Assembly: GCA_010093605.1 (NCBI GenBank)
Contig: MU004194.1
Location: 534,323 to 598,322, forward strand
DNA from: Lophium mytilinum
Lineage: Eukaryota
Length of the DNA stretch: 64,000 nt
Direction of reading: 5' to 3'
A model generated the notes under the pieces. It did not search any database, was not told the DNA's origin, and saw only the letters and a program-made list of their open reading frames with translations. Below, piece after piece: positions 10,695 through 23,066 of this stretch; within the stretch, counting starts at the first letter, position 1, and every line of letters begins with the position of its first letter. A program made the position numbers and the translations under genes.

Positions 10695-13481
10695 ATGCCG
10701 TGGCCGTTTGGGCGCCGTCGCGCCACCAAATTAAAAGTGGACGGGCCCGCCCCCGTCGCAGAAGGGAAGAAGCCTGCCGCTGCTTATGCTGGCCAGCGAT
10801 CAGGCAGTATGCCCGACACGTCCCAAGCCCTAGGTCGCAGGATTAGCACACGCCAGAAGAGCAGGCGCAAAAGGAGGCCGACCTCCCGCTCCGACGCGTC
10901 ACTGCGCGACGTCGACCTCGAGAAGCATTCCTCCGATCTCGAACCCACACACATCACCGCCGAAAAGCAGCACCTGTATCCCCAGGGCAGCCGAGAAGAC
11001 ATCACGGCCCTCCCCATCACCAAAGAACTCGGCACCAGTCCCCACCTGCGGCCCGTCACCCAGGACCTCCAAACACCCTACAACTTCCAGCTACAAGGAC
11101 AATCGCACACCAGCATCCCGTCCGCACGCGAGCGCGGCAAGTTGCAGCGCCCACAGACCTTGCGGGGCAAACGGAGCGCCAACGACCCGGCCCTCCCTCG
11201 ACGCAAATCCACGAAGAAGAGGAAGAATGACCACGTGCGGGAAGAGGAGATACGCGCAATGAGCATGCCGGTGCCGCAGAAGCGACCAGCCGGCAACTCT
11301 GGAGGAGGCATGTTGCGCCGCGATAGCAAGAAGATGCGCAGTGGCCTGAACAGGCACTTCGAACGGCCCACGTCCAACATATCCCTACCTGTCGAGGAGT
11401 CAATTCACTCGTCAATGTCTGGAGGATCTGAGTCCCGCGCCTTCAGGGTCAGCGTCCTGGACATGTTCACGCCCAGGCCCAAGATCCGCCTATCCGGCCT
11501 GCAGTACTCTCCAGGTAGTGCGAACACGTCACCGCAAAACCCATCCCGGAACGAGTCGAGAAAGGAGAAAAGAGCCACGATCAGCAAGGACGGAAAGGAA
11601 AGCAAGGAGGCTTTGAACAAGAGCAGGACAATTGACGATCTAGCTGATTCGTTAGACGCCGGCGCTCTACGAGAGATCATGGAAAGAGATAAGAGACGGA
11701 GAGAAAAGAAGAGGAAGGCTGACGAAGAACGCATCAAGCGCAAATTGGAACGCAGAGCAGAGAAACAACGGGCCAAGGAGCAGGCTCAGGCACCAGGTGG
11801 CACACCAGCTACTGTACCTCAACAAGCGACTGGATCCGTTGGTTTGGGAATTCAGAAAGAACCGTCTACACCCGTGCAAGAGCAGCCTGTCACCCCGAGA
11901 CAAGACGCCATGGAATTCGAGCCGTCCAGTACCTATCTGAACTACCCCCCACGGGGTCAGATCCCAAGTAACCCGTTCGAAAATCGCGAATTGGAAATCC
12001 ATCATCCAATCGATGAGGTCCCTACTCCCCTGGAGAGTCCTTTCGAAGAGCCTGTCGTCGCGGACGCGCACGAAGTCCGTTATTCGCGGGCAAGCATGTC
12101 GCCACCCACTTCACCCGTCCATCACGCTCGCGGTATATCAAATGTATCCCAAATGCCGGATCTTCTATCAGAAATGGTTGCACAGGAGCCGGTACAATCG
12201 GTCGAGCCGACACCAGCGGTCGAGCCGACACCAACGGTCGAGCCGGTCCCAATACCCCAAGAGGCAACGAGCTCGAGACAAAGCTTACCTATTGCTCCAG
12301 CTGAAATAACACCGCAGCGAGCATCAGCTAGACGAAGTTCAGAAGCTAGTGGTAAGCGCGCAGGAGTCTGGGCTTCGATATTTCGTCGCGGTGGGAAGAG
12401 ATCGTCTTTTGACCAAGGACGGACAACACCTTCAGAACATTCATTTTCCAACACCTCGCGGGAGTCAATGTCGCGTCAACCACCGCCCGCACATCTGGTG
12501 GGGCCGCCGCAGGTTCGGCGGACTTCGGGAACTCCTGTTCGTACTATGTCCAAGTTCAAGGAGGACCTTCCAGATTTTCCATTATCGCCTCCGGACTCTA
12601 GGGTCCAGTCACCGGAGGTTTATGCGTCGAGCTCGAAGCCCATTGCAGCTCGTCGGGGGAATAAGCAGCCATCGAGTATTCACGTCGAAGGCGGGAGTCG
12701 ACCAGGCTCTAAGCGTGGAGCAGACGCTCTTATTACCCCAACGGACGACGTGAACCGGAATGACTCACCAGTCAGCCCTGGTGGCCGTGCTTCGAGGATA
12801 ATGTCACAGTCCTTGGCATCTGTGGACTCAGAAGGATCGTGGCTTTCAGGGAAACCCGTCAAAAGACGGTCAAATCAAGTTCACGTTCGAAGCAGTGTTG
12901 GCTCGGCTGTCACACCAAAGCAGCATGAGGACTTCAACGCTTCTTACGAAGAGCTCGGAATTCCCGACGACGAGTACTTCCGCCGATTAACGCCACAGCC
13001 AGACGAGAAACGACGATCGGCACAGTCTGGCGATCTTTTCACGCGCAAACCTAGCAGCACAGCTATGGCTGCCACAGCTGGATCCGACACAGACGACGAT
13101 GTACAAAGTAACGCAGCCGAGAAGCAAGTCAACCAGGAAACGGTCCACAGCGGAGTTGCTCGTCAGCCAACTGTCGTGCATAGGAACCCGCGAGTCAAAT
13201 CTACCGAAGCGCTGGTGACTTATTTCCAAGCTGATGAGGCCTCCGCGGCTGGGTCATCGCCTTCAAATGTCGGCGAATCTCCTGATCAGGATCGGGAGTC
13301 CCCGATAGAGGAGCCACCGGTTTTGGTGCAACGCGCAAGGAGTGTTGATCTTGGCAACCATGTGCGACACCTCAGCGCGGGATCTGCAAAATTATTGGAC
13401 ATACCTGCACGAGGGTCCTCTGTCGACCAGAGGCGTGCGAGCTCTACTTCTCATAAATCAAGAGTGTCGATCGTTGAGTGA
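10695..13481 (+). CDS. Uncharacterised 928-aa S/P/R-rich, largely disordered protein with a short coiled coil
   Basis: 2.8-kb uninterrupted ORF with basic NLS-like patches, a charged helix (LREIMERDKRRREKKRKADEER) and many SP/TP sites. No family recognised. Confidence 0.85.
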   Translation: MPWPFGRRRATKLKVDGPAPVAEGKKPAAAYAGQRSGSMPDTSQALGRRISTRQKSRRKRRPTSRSDASLRDVDLEKHSSDLEPTHITAEKQHLYPQGSREDITALPITKELGTSPHLRPVTQDLQTPYNFQLQGQSHTSIPSARERGKLQRPQTLRGKRSANDPALPRRKSTKKRKNDHVREEEIRAMSMPVPQKRPAGNSGGGMLRRDSKKMRSGLNRHFERPTSNISLPVEESIHSSMSGGSESRAFRVSVLDMFTPRPKIRLSGLQYSPGSANTSPQNPSRNESRKEKRATISKDGKESKEALNKSRTIDDLADSLDAGALREIMERDKRRREKKRKADEERIKRKLERRAEKQRAKEQAQAPGGTPATVPQQATGSVGLGIQKEPSTPVQEQPVTPRQDAMEFEPSSTYLNYPPRGQIPSNPFENRELEIHHPIDEVPTPLESPFEEPVVADAHEVRYSRASMSPPTSPVHHARGISNVSQMPDLLSEMVAQEPVQSVEPTPAVEPTPTVEPVPIPQEATSSRQSLPIAPAEITPQRASARRSSEASGKRAGVWASIFRRGGKRSSFDQGRTTPSEHSFSNTSRESMSRQPPPAHLVGPPQVRRTSGTPVRTMSKFKEDLPDFPLSPPDSRVQSPEVYASSSKPIAARRGNKQPSSIHVEGGSRPGSKRGADALITPTDDVNRNDSPVSPGGRASRIMSQSLASVDSEGSWLSGKPVKRRSNQVHVRSSVGSAVTPKQHEDFNASYEELGIPDDEYFRRLTPQPDEKRRSAQSGDLFTRKPSSTAMAATAGSDTDDDVQSNAAEKQVNQETVHSGVARQPTVVHRNPRVKSTEALVTYFQADEASAAGSSPSNVGESPDQDRESPIEEPPVLVQRARSVDLGNHVRHLSAGSAKLLDIPARGSSVDQRRASSTSHKSRVSIVE
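12201..12245 (+). repeat. 18-bp coding tandem repeat (VEPTP[A/T], 2.5 copies)
   Basis: GTCGAGCCG starts at 12201, 12219 and 12237. Confidence 0.8.
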
Positions 13482-15172
13482 TAGTGATGTGTTGAATGAA
13501 CGAGGAATGTTAGAACAGTCTGCCGTTGCAAGCCACGCCACTCTTTTTGTAATCTCCTTTGTCACTGTCAGTCTTTTCTGGACCCCAATCCGATCTCAGT
13601 CACTCATTTTCAATTTCCTTGAACTTTTGTGTCTTTTGTCTCTTCGGTAAGCAACGACGGCTGGTTCTAATATCCCTACGTATATGTCCAACATGCTCTG
13701 CTCTCCGACTATCAACTCTGATCAAATGCGAATTGGCTATCTTTCTTGTTTTGGGGCGAACGACGGTGAATTTGGTTTCCGTGGGACTTGAAAATACCCT
13801 TCTCTTTATAGTTTGTACATCAGCTGTCGAGAACAGACTGTCTAATCTCGTTTCCGTCGGTCGAAAAAATTGGCTATGGGTTGCCTAGGACCGGTATAGA
13901 TGGCACGGTGCGGGTATCTGGTCTCCGCTGACCCGGCTGGCTTGGAGTGTGTGGTTATCATCTTTCTTTGGGAGCTGTCTGTGGCAGATATCTGGATTTA
14001 CTTCGCTCTCGTCACGATTGAGCGAGCGTGTTTTGGTGGCCTTTTGCCAGTGGTACACCTTTTTAGGTTGAGATTGTGTAATGTACTTTCAACGCATGTG
14101 TATTGATGGTTGATGCCGCCAATTCGATCATTCATTGTTACTTGTGCCGTACCGGCGTGGTGGTCGCTGACTGTGAAATCTTGCTCAGCTTGTGTCGTTA
14201 AGTATCCTCCTTTTCAGCACAATCAACACCCCTGATCTGATAAGTACTGGGTAAGCGGTGCAGATTGCATGTCCGACCTAGAACGCAGAAAATAGCATAT
14301 CATATTTCCTGGTAGTCAAGCACGTGGTACCCCACTTACTTAATGTGTCTACATGCATCAATAATCATGACTTCTGGGAGATATCGAGGCTTTGCCCCGG
14401 CCGATAATACTGTAGCTAGTGACGATGCTGAACCTGGAGGGAATCTACGAGCGAACTCGATATGACTGATTCAATGCAGCATTTCGGCTTCATCGACGTG
14501 ACGTTAGTGGATTACCAACAATCATATCAAATTCTCTACACGATATGGTCTCAAGGTGGCCTGGTGCCGGGTACTTCGTACAGTAAAGTGACAGATTTGA
14601 TAGGGCAACGATTGGAAGTGAATGCTTGCACATCACATGTGGCTTACTACCCCGCCGTTGGGCTGTTAAGCACGTCATATATTCAGCGCGCGGTCTTCTC
14701 GGGCTGGCCGCCGAGGGGCCTTTGTATGCAGTAATCAGCCAAGCACCCGAACCTCGCTCCCAATCGCCGCCTCAGAACCTTCTCAGCACACAGTGACTAC
14801 AACCCCAGTATCACCACCAGACAACCATTGTACGATTTGGAATCCTGTAAGTTCGCCCTTTCAATCATGTTCGCGCAAGCCACGCCACTCCACACCGAGC
14901 AAATACCGTAGCACGGGCCGTTCAACACTTGCCGAGACCATCACCTAAGCATCATTGGAATTGTAATCCAGTCCGCAACCATCTCAAATCCACCAAGCCC
15001 TCCATTCGCCCTGCTTTGCTCTGTATATAACACATCAACTCTCTTGATGTTCACTCCATCAGTATTCAGACGAACTTTGCTCACCACTACGTCATCGCGA
15101 ATAGTTTCGGCTTCGACATCCAACCTATACCGACCTCTTTTCACTCCTCAATTCTTCCATACCACCAGCAAA

Positions 15173-15663
15173 ATGGGCAAAGAGGGCGTACACAACCTGC
15201 AGACGTGAGTCTTCCACTTCCCACGAGTCCATGTCTGAGGGACTCGTTTGCCGTTGCGTGCATGCACTAAACCATATTTCCTCTTCACAGGAAGGCCGCC
15301 TTCGACAAGGCCATAGAGGACGATAAGGACACTCTCCTCGTCCTCGACTGCTTCGCCACCTGGTGCGGTCCCTGCAAAGTGATCGCTCCTCAAGTCGTCA
15401 AGTAAGCATCTTCATCGCGCGCGCCACGATCGCGAACGAATCCTGACCCCATCCGCAGGTTCTCCGACACCTACCCAACCGCGAGATTCTACAAGCTCGA
15501 CGTGGACGAAGTCCCCGACGTCGCGCAGGAGCTCGGCATCCGCGCCATGCCCACATTCATGCTCTTTAAGGGCGGCGAGAAGATCGCCGAGGTCGTTGGC
15601 GCCAACCCCAAGGCGCTCGAGGCCGCCATCAAGGCCAACCTACCCGAGAGCGAGAAGCCATAG
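15173..15663 (+). CDS. TRX1: Thioredoxin
   Basis: Exons 15173-15204, 15291-15401, 15459-15663 give [15 protein letters not shown]...[22 protein letters not shown]. Absent from the ORF track. Confidence 0.96.
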
Positions 15664-16924
15664 AGGATAGCACGGAATGGGTAGTGGGTTTAAGCTTGGG
15701 CTCATGAGATTGGACGGACGGCTGCGATGACTGCCTTGCTACAGGATGCAGGCGGACAAGGCTATGCCTTTTGCGTGAGAGCAGCTGTTGGTAGTGTTTT
15801 GGGTTGCTCGAACACCGGCAATCGGTACTAGAAATTCAACATCTCACGACTCTGTTGTGTTTCTTGCTTTGTGAGGTTGTGTTGGTGCCCCTGCAGACGA
15901 GGCGCGGTGTGATGGTGGACGAGATTGAGACAGACAGCAACCGAGACACAAAGGAGCCGAGACAGGTCTACGGATCGGAATCCAGGTACTAATACGAAAG
16001 GCTAATCAGGGTACCTCTCCAGCACTTTCCGAATGCAATCATTATCAGAAAGCTTTGTCTTGTTACAGAAAGCGGATATATATGCCGGACCGTTCACGTT
16101 CTTTGAAATGCTCTTCACCTCTACACCGATAAGTAATGAGACTTTCCACAGCAGGACGCAAACAGGGTTTCTTGCCCGCGGCATATGTAACGCAGAGCGA
16201 TCTGGATGAAATGAACTATAAATACGTTCGGACCGCCGCTCTAACTTCCGCGAGACATTACATATCTCGTTTAGACGAAAGCAAGGTACCGGCTGTATCC
16301 CTCAAAATCCTGTCTTCGCTGCGGCTCTTCTACGAAGGGTCTGATATGCGACAGTACGGCATGTGTAGACGGTAACATTGAACCGTCAAATTTGGTCCGT
16401 TAGTACAAACCACTTCTAAGCGATGCAACTGCTATCACTAGCTAGCTACTCTAAATTGAACAGGTCCTACAAAACCCTTGTAAGACTTTTCGTACTCACA
16501 CCATAGCTATACGTGATGGAGGACTTATCCTTGACCAGAGCAGTGTTAGGGTTTTCAAATGATATGCCAAGAAGCACGTTACGCGGAGTGAATTGTACGG
16601 TAGGGACTTTGCACGCTCTTAGCACAAATAGTCACGAATTGAACCGCATAGGATAGTTTTCAGTAACCGTGGAGGGGGCCCCTGTAGCTACGTTGGCTGG
16701 TTCCTCTTCTTGACGTAGATGAGGGCAGACGACAGAGGAAAAGAATGAGAAGGAGATTCGGGGAGGACACTAATGTACGATAAAAGGCATGGCTGTCATG
16801 CCATCATTAGAAATCTCACGTTCGAGACTTCGATGAGTCTAAATCGAAAAGACATGACTGGAGATGTGCTATTGCAGGGGAATAGAATGAACCCATTCTC
16901 AAGATTCGGGGAGAATTAACCGCA

Positions 16925-17416
16925 TCACCATGGTATCGCCTCCGGTCCAACCTCTTTCCTCATATTCGCACTCCTGCTTTCCTCGATCTCTTCTTCCATT
17001 TCCCCGTACCCGGACTTCCCCCATCGCTTCTGCACGCGTCTAGCCGCCATTCTACCAATACCCCAAACGGACCCCGAGAGCACGGCAGCCATGATCCCCG
17101 TGGGCGCAAGCACAAAGCCTACTCCGCTGACAGCCGTCCCAACCGCGCCAGCTCCTACTGCGGCTACTAGTGAGGCAATGGCGGCGTACTTTGCCCAACG
17201 CACGAGTTTCCAGAAGACAAAGATGGTGGCAGACCGGAGGAAACGGAGGAGAACACGTGTACGGCGGCGGTCGGGCTGATTGGGGGAGTTGCCGGGGGAA
17301 TAGAGATATCGAAGGCTGCGCTTTGCTGATGTGAGTGCTGATCGCGAGCTGGCGTCGATGGTGGAATCTGCGTCCGTAGGACCGGTGTGTCTCTTGACAG
17401 CTGATGCTGAAGCCAT
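16925..17416 (-). CDS. Hypothetical 163-aa membrane protein
   Basis: Single-exon ORF with a long G/A/V-rich hydrophobic segment flanked by basic residues. Confidence 0.7.
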   Translation of the reverse strand: MASASAVKRHTGPTDADSTIDASSRSALTSAKRSLRYLYSPGNSPNQPDRRRTRVLLRFLRSATIFVFWKLVRWAKYAAIASLVAAVGAGAVGTAVSGVGFVLAPTGIMAAVLSGSVWGIGRMAARRVQKRWGKSGYGEMEEEIEESRSANMRKEVGPEAIPW

Positions 17417-18006
17417 TGGAACGAACGGAGTGAAGATGAATGAAAGTTGATATTGTGACGGAGGAGGTGAGTTTGACGAGAAAGAAAATGTGAGCCGTGG
17501 AAAACTACGGTATTGTGTATGACGTCACATATCGTCGCGTTGACGTTTTGGACATTTTGTTAGAGATTCTGAGCTTGTAGCTTACTCTGCGGTTGAGCTC
17601 GGACTATCTATATCTTTCGAAAGAAACGAAGGTGAAAGGTGTGCAGAGACATCTATAGCTACAGAAGGCGGAGGTTCAAAATACCCCCCCACCCTTGCGG
17701 ATCGACCACCCCAAGCAACGTCTTCCCCTTCAACCACTCCCACGCGGGACACCAAAGACTGCCCCACCACCCAGTATTGCAGCATTGGGGATTCCTTGAT
17801 CTGGTCTAGCTACGCCTTAAAGTGGGAGCCGTCGACTGGCTGACAAGTGGCTGACGCCGGCTTCGGCCTACAAAGACATCTCAGAGACCACTGAGAAGGC
17901 GATTGCTACTACTAACACCCCCCACAGCGTACTTCTTCCCCCAAGTATATCTCGCTCTTCCCATTCCATCCGTCTATACGCACAAACAGCGCCCCGATAG
18001 ATCATA

Positions 18007-18963
18007 ATGGCTCCGTCTGCTGTCCCCGTTGCCTCTACCCAGCTTGTTCCTTCGAAGGGAGCGACAAAGGAAACTGATAAGCAGCCTACCAAGGACCTCA
18101 CCCCCCTCCAAGCTATATCGCAGGGCGAGTGTCTACCAGGCATTCCGCTCTTCTCCAGTTTTGACAAGCATCGAGCATGGATCCTTAACCATATGGCGGG
18201 CGCCTTCCGCGTGCTCGCCCGCAAAGGCTATACAGAGGGTATAAGCGGCCATATCTCTGTTCGCGACCCTGAACACGCTGATACCTTCTGGACGAACCCG
18301 CTAGGACGCCACTTCGGGTGCCTGCGCGCCTCGGATATGGTGCTTGTGAACTTCGAAGGACAAGCGGTCGGAGGCAACAGAAGCAGGCCAGCTAATGCGG
18401 CGGGGTTCCTGATCCACAGCGCAGTCCATAAAGCGAGACCGGACGTCCATGCTGCGGTACATGCGCATGGCAGGTATGGAAAGGCTTGGAGTGCGTTTGC
18501 GAAGCCGCTGGAGATGCTAAACCAGGATGTATGCTACTTCTATGGCGAGGCACAGGGCGTATATGAGGAGTTTGGCGGAATCGTGTTCAATGAAGAAGAA
18601 GGGAAGAGGCTGGCGGCTGCATTGGGACCGAAAGGGAAAGGTCTTGTGCTCAGGAATCACGGATTATTGACCGTTGGGGGAACGGTAGATGAGGCTGCTT
18701 ATCTGTACACGCTTATGGAGCGTAGCTGCGAGATCCAGCTTATGGTTGAAGCAGCAGCGGCAAATGGCCTCAAAAAGATCTTAGTTGATGATGAGGCGGC
18801 AGAGTACACTTTCCGCATGGCCAGCGATCCGGAAGCATTATACTGGTACCTATACCTCATATCTGTCAAATCACCAATGCATATCTTACTAAAGTCTTTC
18901 AGGGAAATGCAACCAGATCTCGAGTTCGAGCACGAGCAGTGCAATGGAGACTACGAGAAATGA
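18007..18963 (+). CDS. Class II aldolase/adducin family protein
   Basis: EGISGHISVRDPE, AGFLIHSAVHKARPDVHAAVHAH and LRNHGLLTVG motifs. Intron at 18846-18902. Confidence 0.93.
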   Translation: MAPSAVPVASTQLVPSKGATKETDKQPTKDLTPLQAISQGECLPGIPLFSSFDKHRAWILNHMAGAFRVLARKGYTEGISGHISVRDPEHADTFWTNPLGRHFGCLRASDMVLVNFEGQAVGGNRSRPANAAGFLIHSAVHKARPDVHAAVHAHGRYGKAWSAFAKPLEMLNQDVCYFYGEAQGVYEEFGGIVFNEEEGKRLAAALGPKGKGLVLRNHGLLTVGGTVDEAAYLYTLMERSCEIQLMVEAAAANGLKKILVDDEAAEYTFRMASDPEALYWYLYLISVKSPMHILLKSFREMQPDLEFEHEQCNGDYEK

Positions 18964-19418
18964 TTCCAAAAGGAAATAGCAGCGCCTAGAGTATCACAAG
19001 ATCTGCTTTCTAGCTACTAGCAATCTGGTCTTACTGTCAGCCAGCTGGCAGACAGCGGTGATTTCGTAGTCTACACTACTTTCTGCTATGCGTTGTAGAA
19101 TACATCAAGCCAACATGAGACTATCGTTTGGTGTTCGGACGTATGACTCTAGATCAAAGAAGCAGCTCCCTGATCATCTTACTGTTCAACCTTGTCACTG
19201 CAACTGTCTCAAAACCAGGAAAACGTATTAATGTTCTATTGTTTTACTATTTGCTAGCCACTTTCATCTTTTTCTATCGACTTGTAGCAGCTTCCTAGGC
19301 AAGATAAAAGAACTTACTTGAGCCCAAAGACATACCAACTACCCAAAAGCCACTATCACCAGCGTTAGGAAGCCCACCACTTTGTGTTCATCTCTTTCTC
19401 AAGCCTATTTAGTTAGGG

Positions 19419-19655
19419 ATGTGTTACGAAGTCTACCACCGATTCTCGCGGTGCTGCAACCGCCTGCAGTTCGACCACGTGGTTCTATGTCAACAACCCA
19501 AGCGCGGGCTTTCTGGCTATTGCACGAACGCTACAAAGCACGTAGTGAACATCACCAGTCGCGAAGCCATCTGCGATGTCTGCCATCAAGACCTTCGTTT
19601 CGCGGCGTTGAGACTGTGTCTGTACGTACAGATTTTGAACTCATTTCGGATATAA
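19419..19655 (+). CDS. Possible small Cys-rich protein (3' end uncertain)
   Basis: MCYEVYHRFSRCC...C...C...CDVC pattern resembles small fungal proteins that begin with MC. Confidence 0.3.
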   Translation: MCYEVYHRFSRCCNRLQFDHVVLCQQPKRGLSGYCTNATKHVVNITSREAICDVCHQDLRFAALRLCLYVQILNSFRI

Positions 19656-20497
19656 AAGTATAGAAAGCCTTGAAGAGAGCAAGTTGTTGAGAATGAAGGA
19701 GATGTGGAAGCCCCCGATTCCGAAGACAGGTCTACCGGTCACTTTAACTCCAGGCACGAGGATGGTAAGAAAGACGAATGGTTGGGAAGAAGCTTTCGGA
19801 TGCTGTGGCTAGTTGGCGTGCTGGAAAGGTCGGTGACAGAAAAGAGAACCATGACTAGCTAAGTCTTCCGAGTGGGCATAAGTTCCTGGGTTGGCAAGTT
19901 TTTCCCTTTTTGATCCCACGACGGTCTCATTGCCGGATACCTAACTGGACTAGCGACAGTGCCAAGGGGTTCTTTTGGGCTCTCCAGCGGCGAGGATCAA
20001 AAGAAATCTGTCTTTTTGGCTTGCAGTGGGCGAGATGATTTGTCGGTTTCTGAGGGCTTGACCGAACGTGCGATACGTTACGTATATGGTGTTTTGTGAT
20101 CTTGAGTGTAGTATCATAACCTACCGCTTGTCCCTTGCGGACGCACGAAGACATGAATAAGATCATGGTTCTGGCGTGACAAACGCTGGCGGGGTTTCAG
20201 GGCATCTGGGCATGCAGGACAGTTCTTCGGTAGAATCAATCAGCTAGTAACAGTCATCTCAGTGACCCTGAAAAGACCTCCTCTTGGAGGTTCAGCAACT
20301 TTATTCACGGTTTCGGGCAGTTGTTGTGGTGTTCTAGGGAGTGCAGTATTTTTAGGTTGGTCTTAGCAGTAACACAAGCTTCTTCGCCTATGGTGATGCA
20401 ATCCCCTAGAGCACGCGTCTCAGGAACCTACAGAGGCTATTTATCTCTGATTTCGAGAGCGGCCGGCTCGCAGCTTTATAAACCTCTGCTCAGTGGC

Positions 20498-21105
20498 CTA
20501 GTAATCATAGTAAGACTCCTTCGTAACCTCTTCTAGATACGGCTCGTAGCCCCCCAAGCCTTGCCAAGCCAAAAGGCAACAAGTCTCGTCAGCCTCCTCA
20601 AATGGGACTCGATGTCTCTTCCATATAGTTGTTGTTGGTTCACCATCTCCAGGGAGCGGCTGGTACTTCTTGCCCTCTGCGTTTACCCACTCGCAGCCCT
20701 TTTCCATGATAATAACCCTGCGATCATCAGCTGCCTGCTTATCCAGTATGCAGAAGAAGTCCGGGTGGGTCGTAATAGGTTCTTGCTTGTAAAGACTATA
20801 ATGGGCGTGCTTGATCTCTTCCCAGGCAGCTGCGCTGAAATCCTTACCTGGGCTGAATTCTGTTGTAATGGTGGCGCTAATTCGCTCGGTCTCGTGCGTG
20901 TGATGCTTCTGGGAGTGCGAATACACAAGGATATATGGTATCACGGTTTTGGCGTCTGGATGTCGTTTCTCCAACACAGCAGTATTAGCAAAGTCGGCCC
21001 ATTGCTAATGATTGGGGGGATTAGCAAGTTATATCATTGATAGGGATAATTTTCAAGATGTACCTCGGGCGTGATGTCGTAAGTCGTGATTACCAAGATG
21101 TTCAT
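20498..21105 (-). CDS. Hypothetical protein (about 182 aa)
   Basis: Exon 21105-21064 (MNILVITTYDITPE), a GT..GCTAAT..TAG intron, then exon 21004-20498 in frame. Globular-looking sequence (FFCILDKQAADDRRVIIM, WKRHRVPFEEA). Confidence 0.7.
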
Positions 21106-23066
21106 GATTGTACGGACAAAGATACCAGGAGGCTGAATAGCATGGAGAAGGCCAAGGTGTATTGGTGTGCTTGTAGAGGCTCGCGAGTCGACTGTAGTGA
21201 GGTGGTATCTCGATTGCGGCGAGGCTCTGGGCACGTATCGTGCGTCATAGAATACCTGCCGTCGCTTTCCCCTGTGTACTATGGGCGTACTCTGCACGGT
21301 TATTTCTTTACTTCTCCCTTAGATCTCGTGGTCTCAATCAATATTAGTATACTAGCAACAAAGCTACAGCCTCTAGATCACCACTCGACTCGAAAACTGT
21401 ATACCTCCCTAGTGGACCTACTATGCTAGTACTAGGGTAAAGCAATATAAAGCGGGGTTGTGGAGATGTATGATAGGATATACTAGCTCTTCCGCAAGGC
21501 TAGAGTATAGAAGAGGGAGTGGAACATGTAATGGATTAGGTTAGTAGCGAGTGAGAAGAAACTATCGAGAATATCGAGTAGGTGGATTTGAGCTCCACTA
21601 CCCAGGCCAGGGTCAGCTGCCCGAGAATAGTAGAGCTCCTAATCCTCGCTGACATGATGGTGTAAAGTTAATCGAAACCACAACATGTAGCATAAGGGCA
21701 CAAAAGGAATGCGAAGTAAGCATAAAAGAAAGACTTAAGTCGTGAGTAAGGTTGCTGCGAGACGTGAGACACTCTACCTGGGCATGTTTCTCTTCCGCTG
21801 AAAAGGGACTAGCTGTTGCTGTTGGTCTTCGAGACAGCATTGTTTTGATCTTTTTGAGTTTTGTTGATGCTGGTTTCATCAAGTCTTGTCTTCACTAATC
21901 AAACGCCACAAGCTCGAGACAATCAGAAGCTACGGTCCGCACGCCCCCAGTCCACAGGTGTTCAGGGGAGTCCCTCGTACCATGTTGCGGAGCCGCGCGG
22001 CGCGAAAAGGCATTTGAGCTTAGAACGTGCTTGGGACCCGGGGTGCAATTGGCCATGTCGTGAAACTGTTTGTCGTAGAGAAGCTGCAGTGTTATCTGGC
22101 GTCGCCGTCGGAAGCAGGTCGCACAGCGGTTATGATTGCGCGGGGAACGACCTACCCCTTTCACAACGTCCACGCGTCGTGCGTGGTTGAGATATAGATG
22201 CTGGTTGGCTTGTAGGGTTGCTCTCTAACGCTAGATAGGCATGTGAAATAGAGATGTGCGTCTCTGTAAGGCGTGCCCCCTCCCCCAGTCGGCGACCGTC
22301 GCCCAACCAGCGTGCAGAGATGCAGAGAGAGATGCTACAGCGGAGTCACATGACCGTCGTCCTGCTCTTCCAAGTGCTCGTTCCGTTTCGGACAGGGTGC
22401 TTCGTCGCCAACGGGTCCTTTCGTGAACCTTGAAGGAGCCGAAAAACTCCGGTACTACGTAGTGTTCAGAGTGTCGTCTTGGAAAGCCGGGTTCTTGGCT
22501 TCAATGTCTAACAGTTGTGAAATCGTTCCGCCGCACAGAACGAGGAGAGCGCGGGACTTGGCAGCGATTCCTTGACACAACAGCTGCTCCACTGTGGCTC
22601 CGCTGACCCCATAACTGTTCGGATATCGGCCACCAGCCTCCCGCCCAAGCCATTCAAGCCCTTGGCAAGGCACAGGGAGGCAGGCGGCGCGTTCTTGGCT
22701 CAAACTGGCAATGATCGATAGCTTCTGTTCGGCTTCCCCTGTGCATCACTTACCCTACAAGTCAACTGCAATCCACAATGCCCTGGATAACTTGCGATTA
22801 AACTTGTGATCCGCGCCGAGGCCAAGCCCTCCACCATGGCTAATAATAATAAGAGACGCTGGCGGCGACCTACGGCGCAGCCCGCTCTCAACCTTGGTTC
22901 TTCCCCTCGCAACGTCGTTTTCCTTCCCGGAACTGTGGCTTCGTCCTTATCTATGATCTTTTTATTATTCACAGTCACTCTCTGAACATCTCATTACCGT
23001 CTCATACTATCCTTTCATTAATTTCATGACCTTTCATATTTCCATCGTCCACATTTGCCAGCAAGA

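Noticed and set aside
16136..16375. SH3-like GFLPAAYV motif
   Set aside because: Isolated short match with no other SH3 elements or gene structure found.
17785..17815. CTTGATCTGG as part of a TPP riboswitch
   Set aside because: The following TAATACCAGCG and upstream CTGAGA elements are absent.
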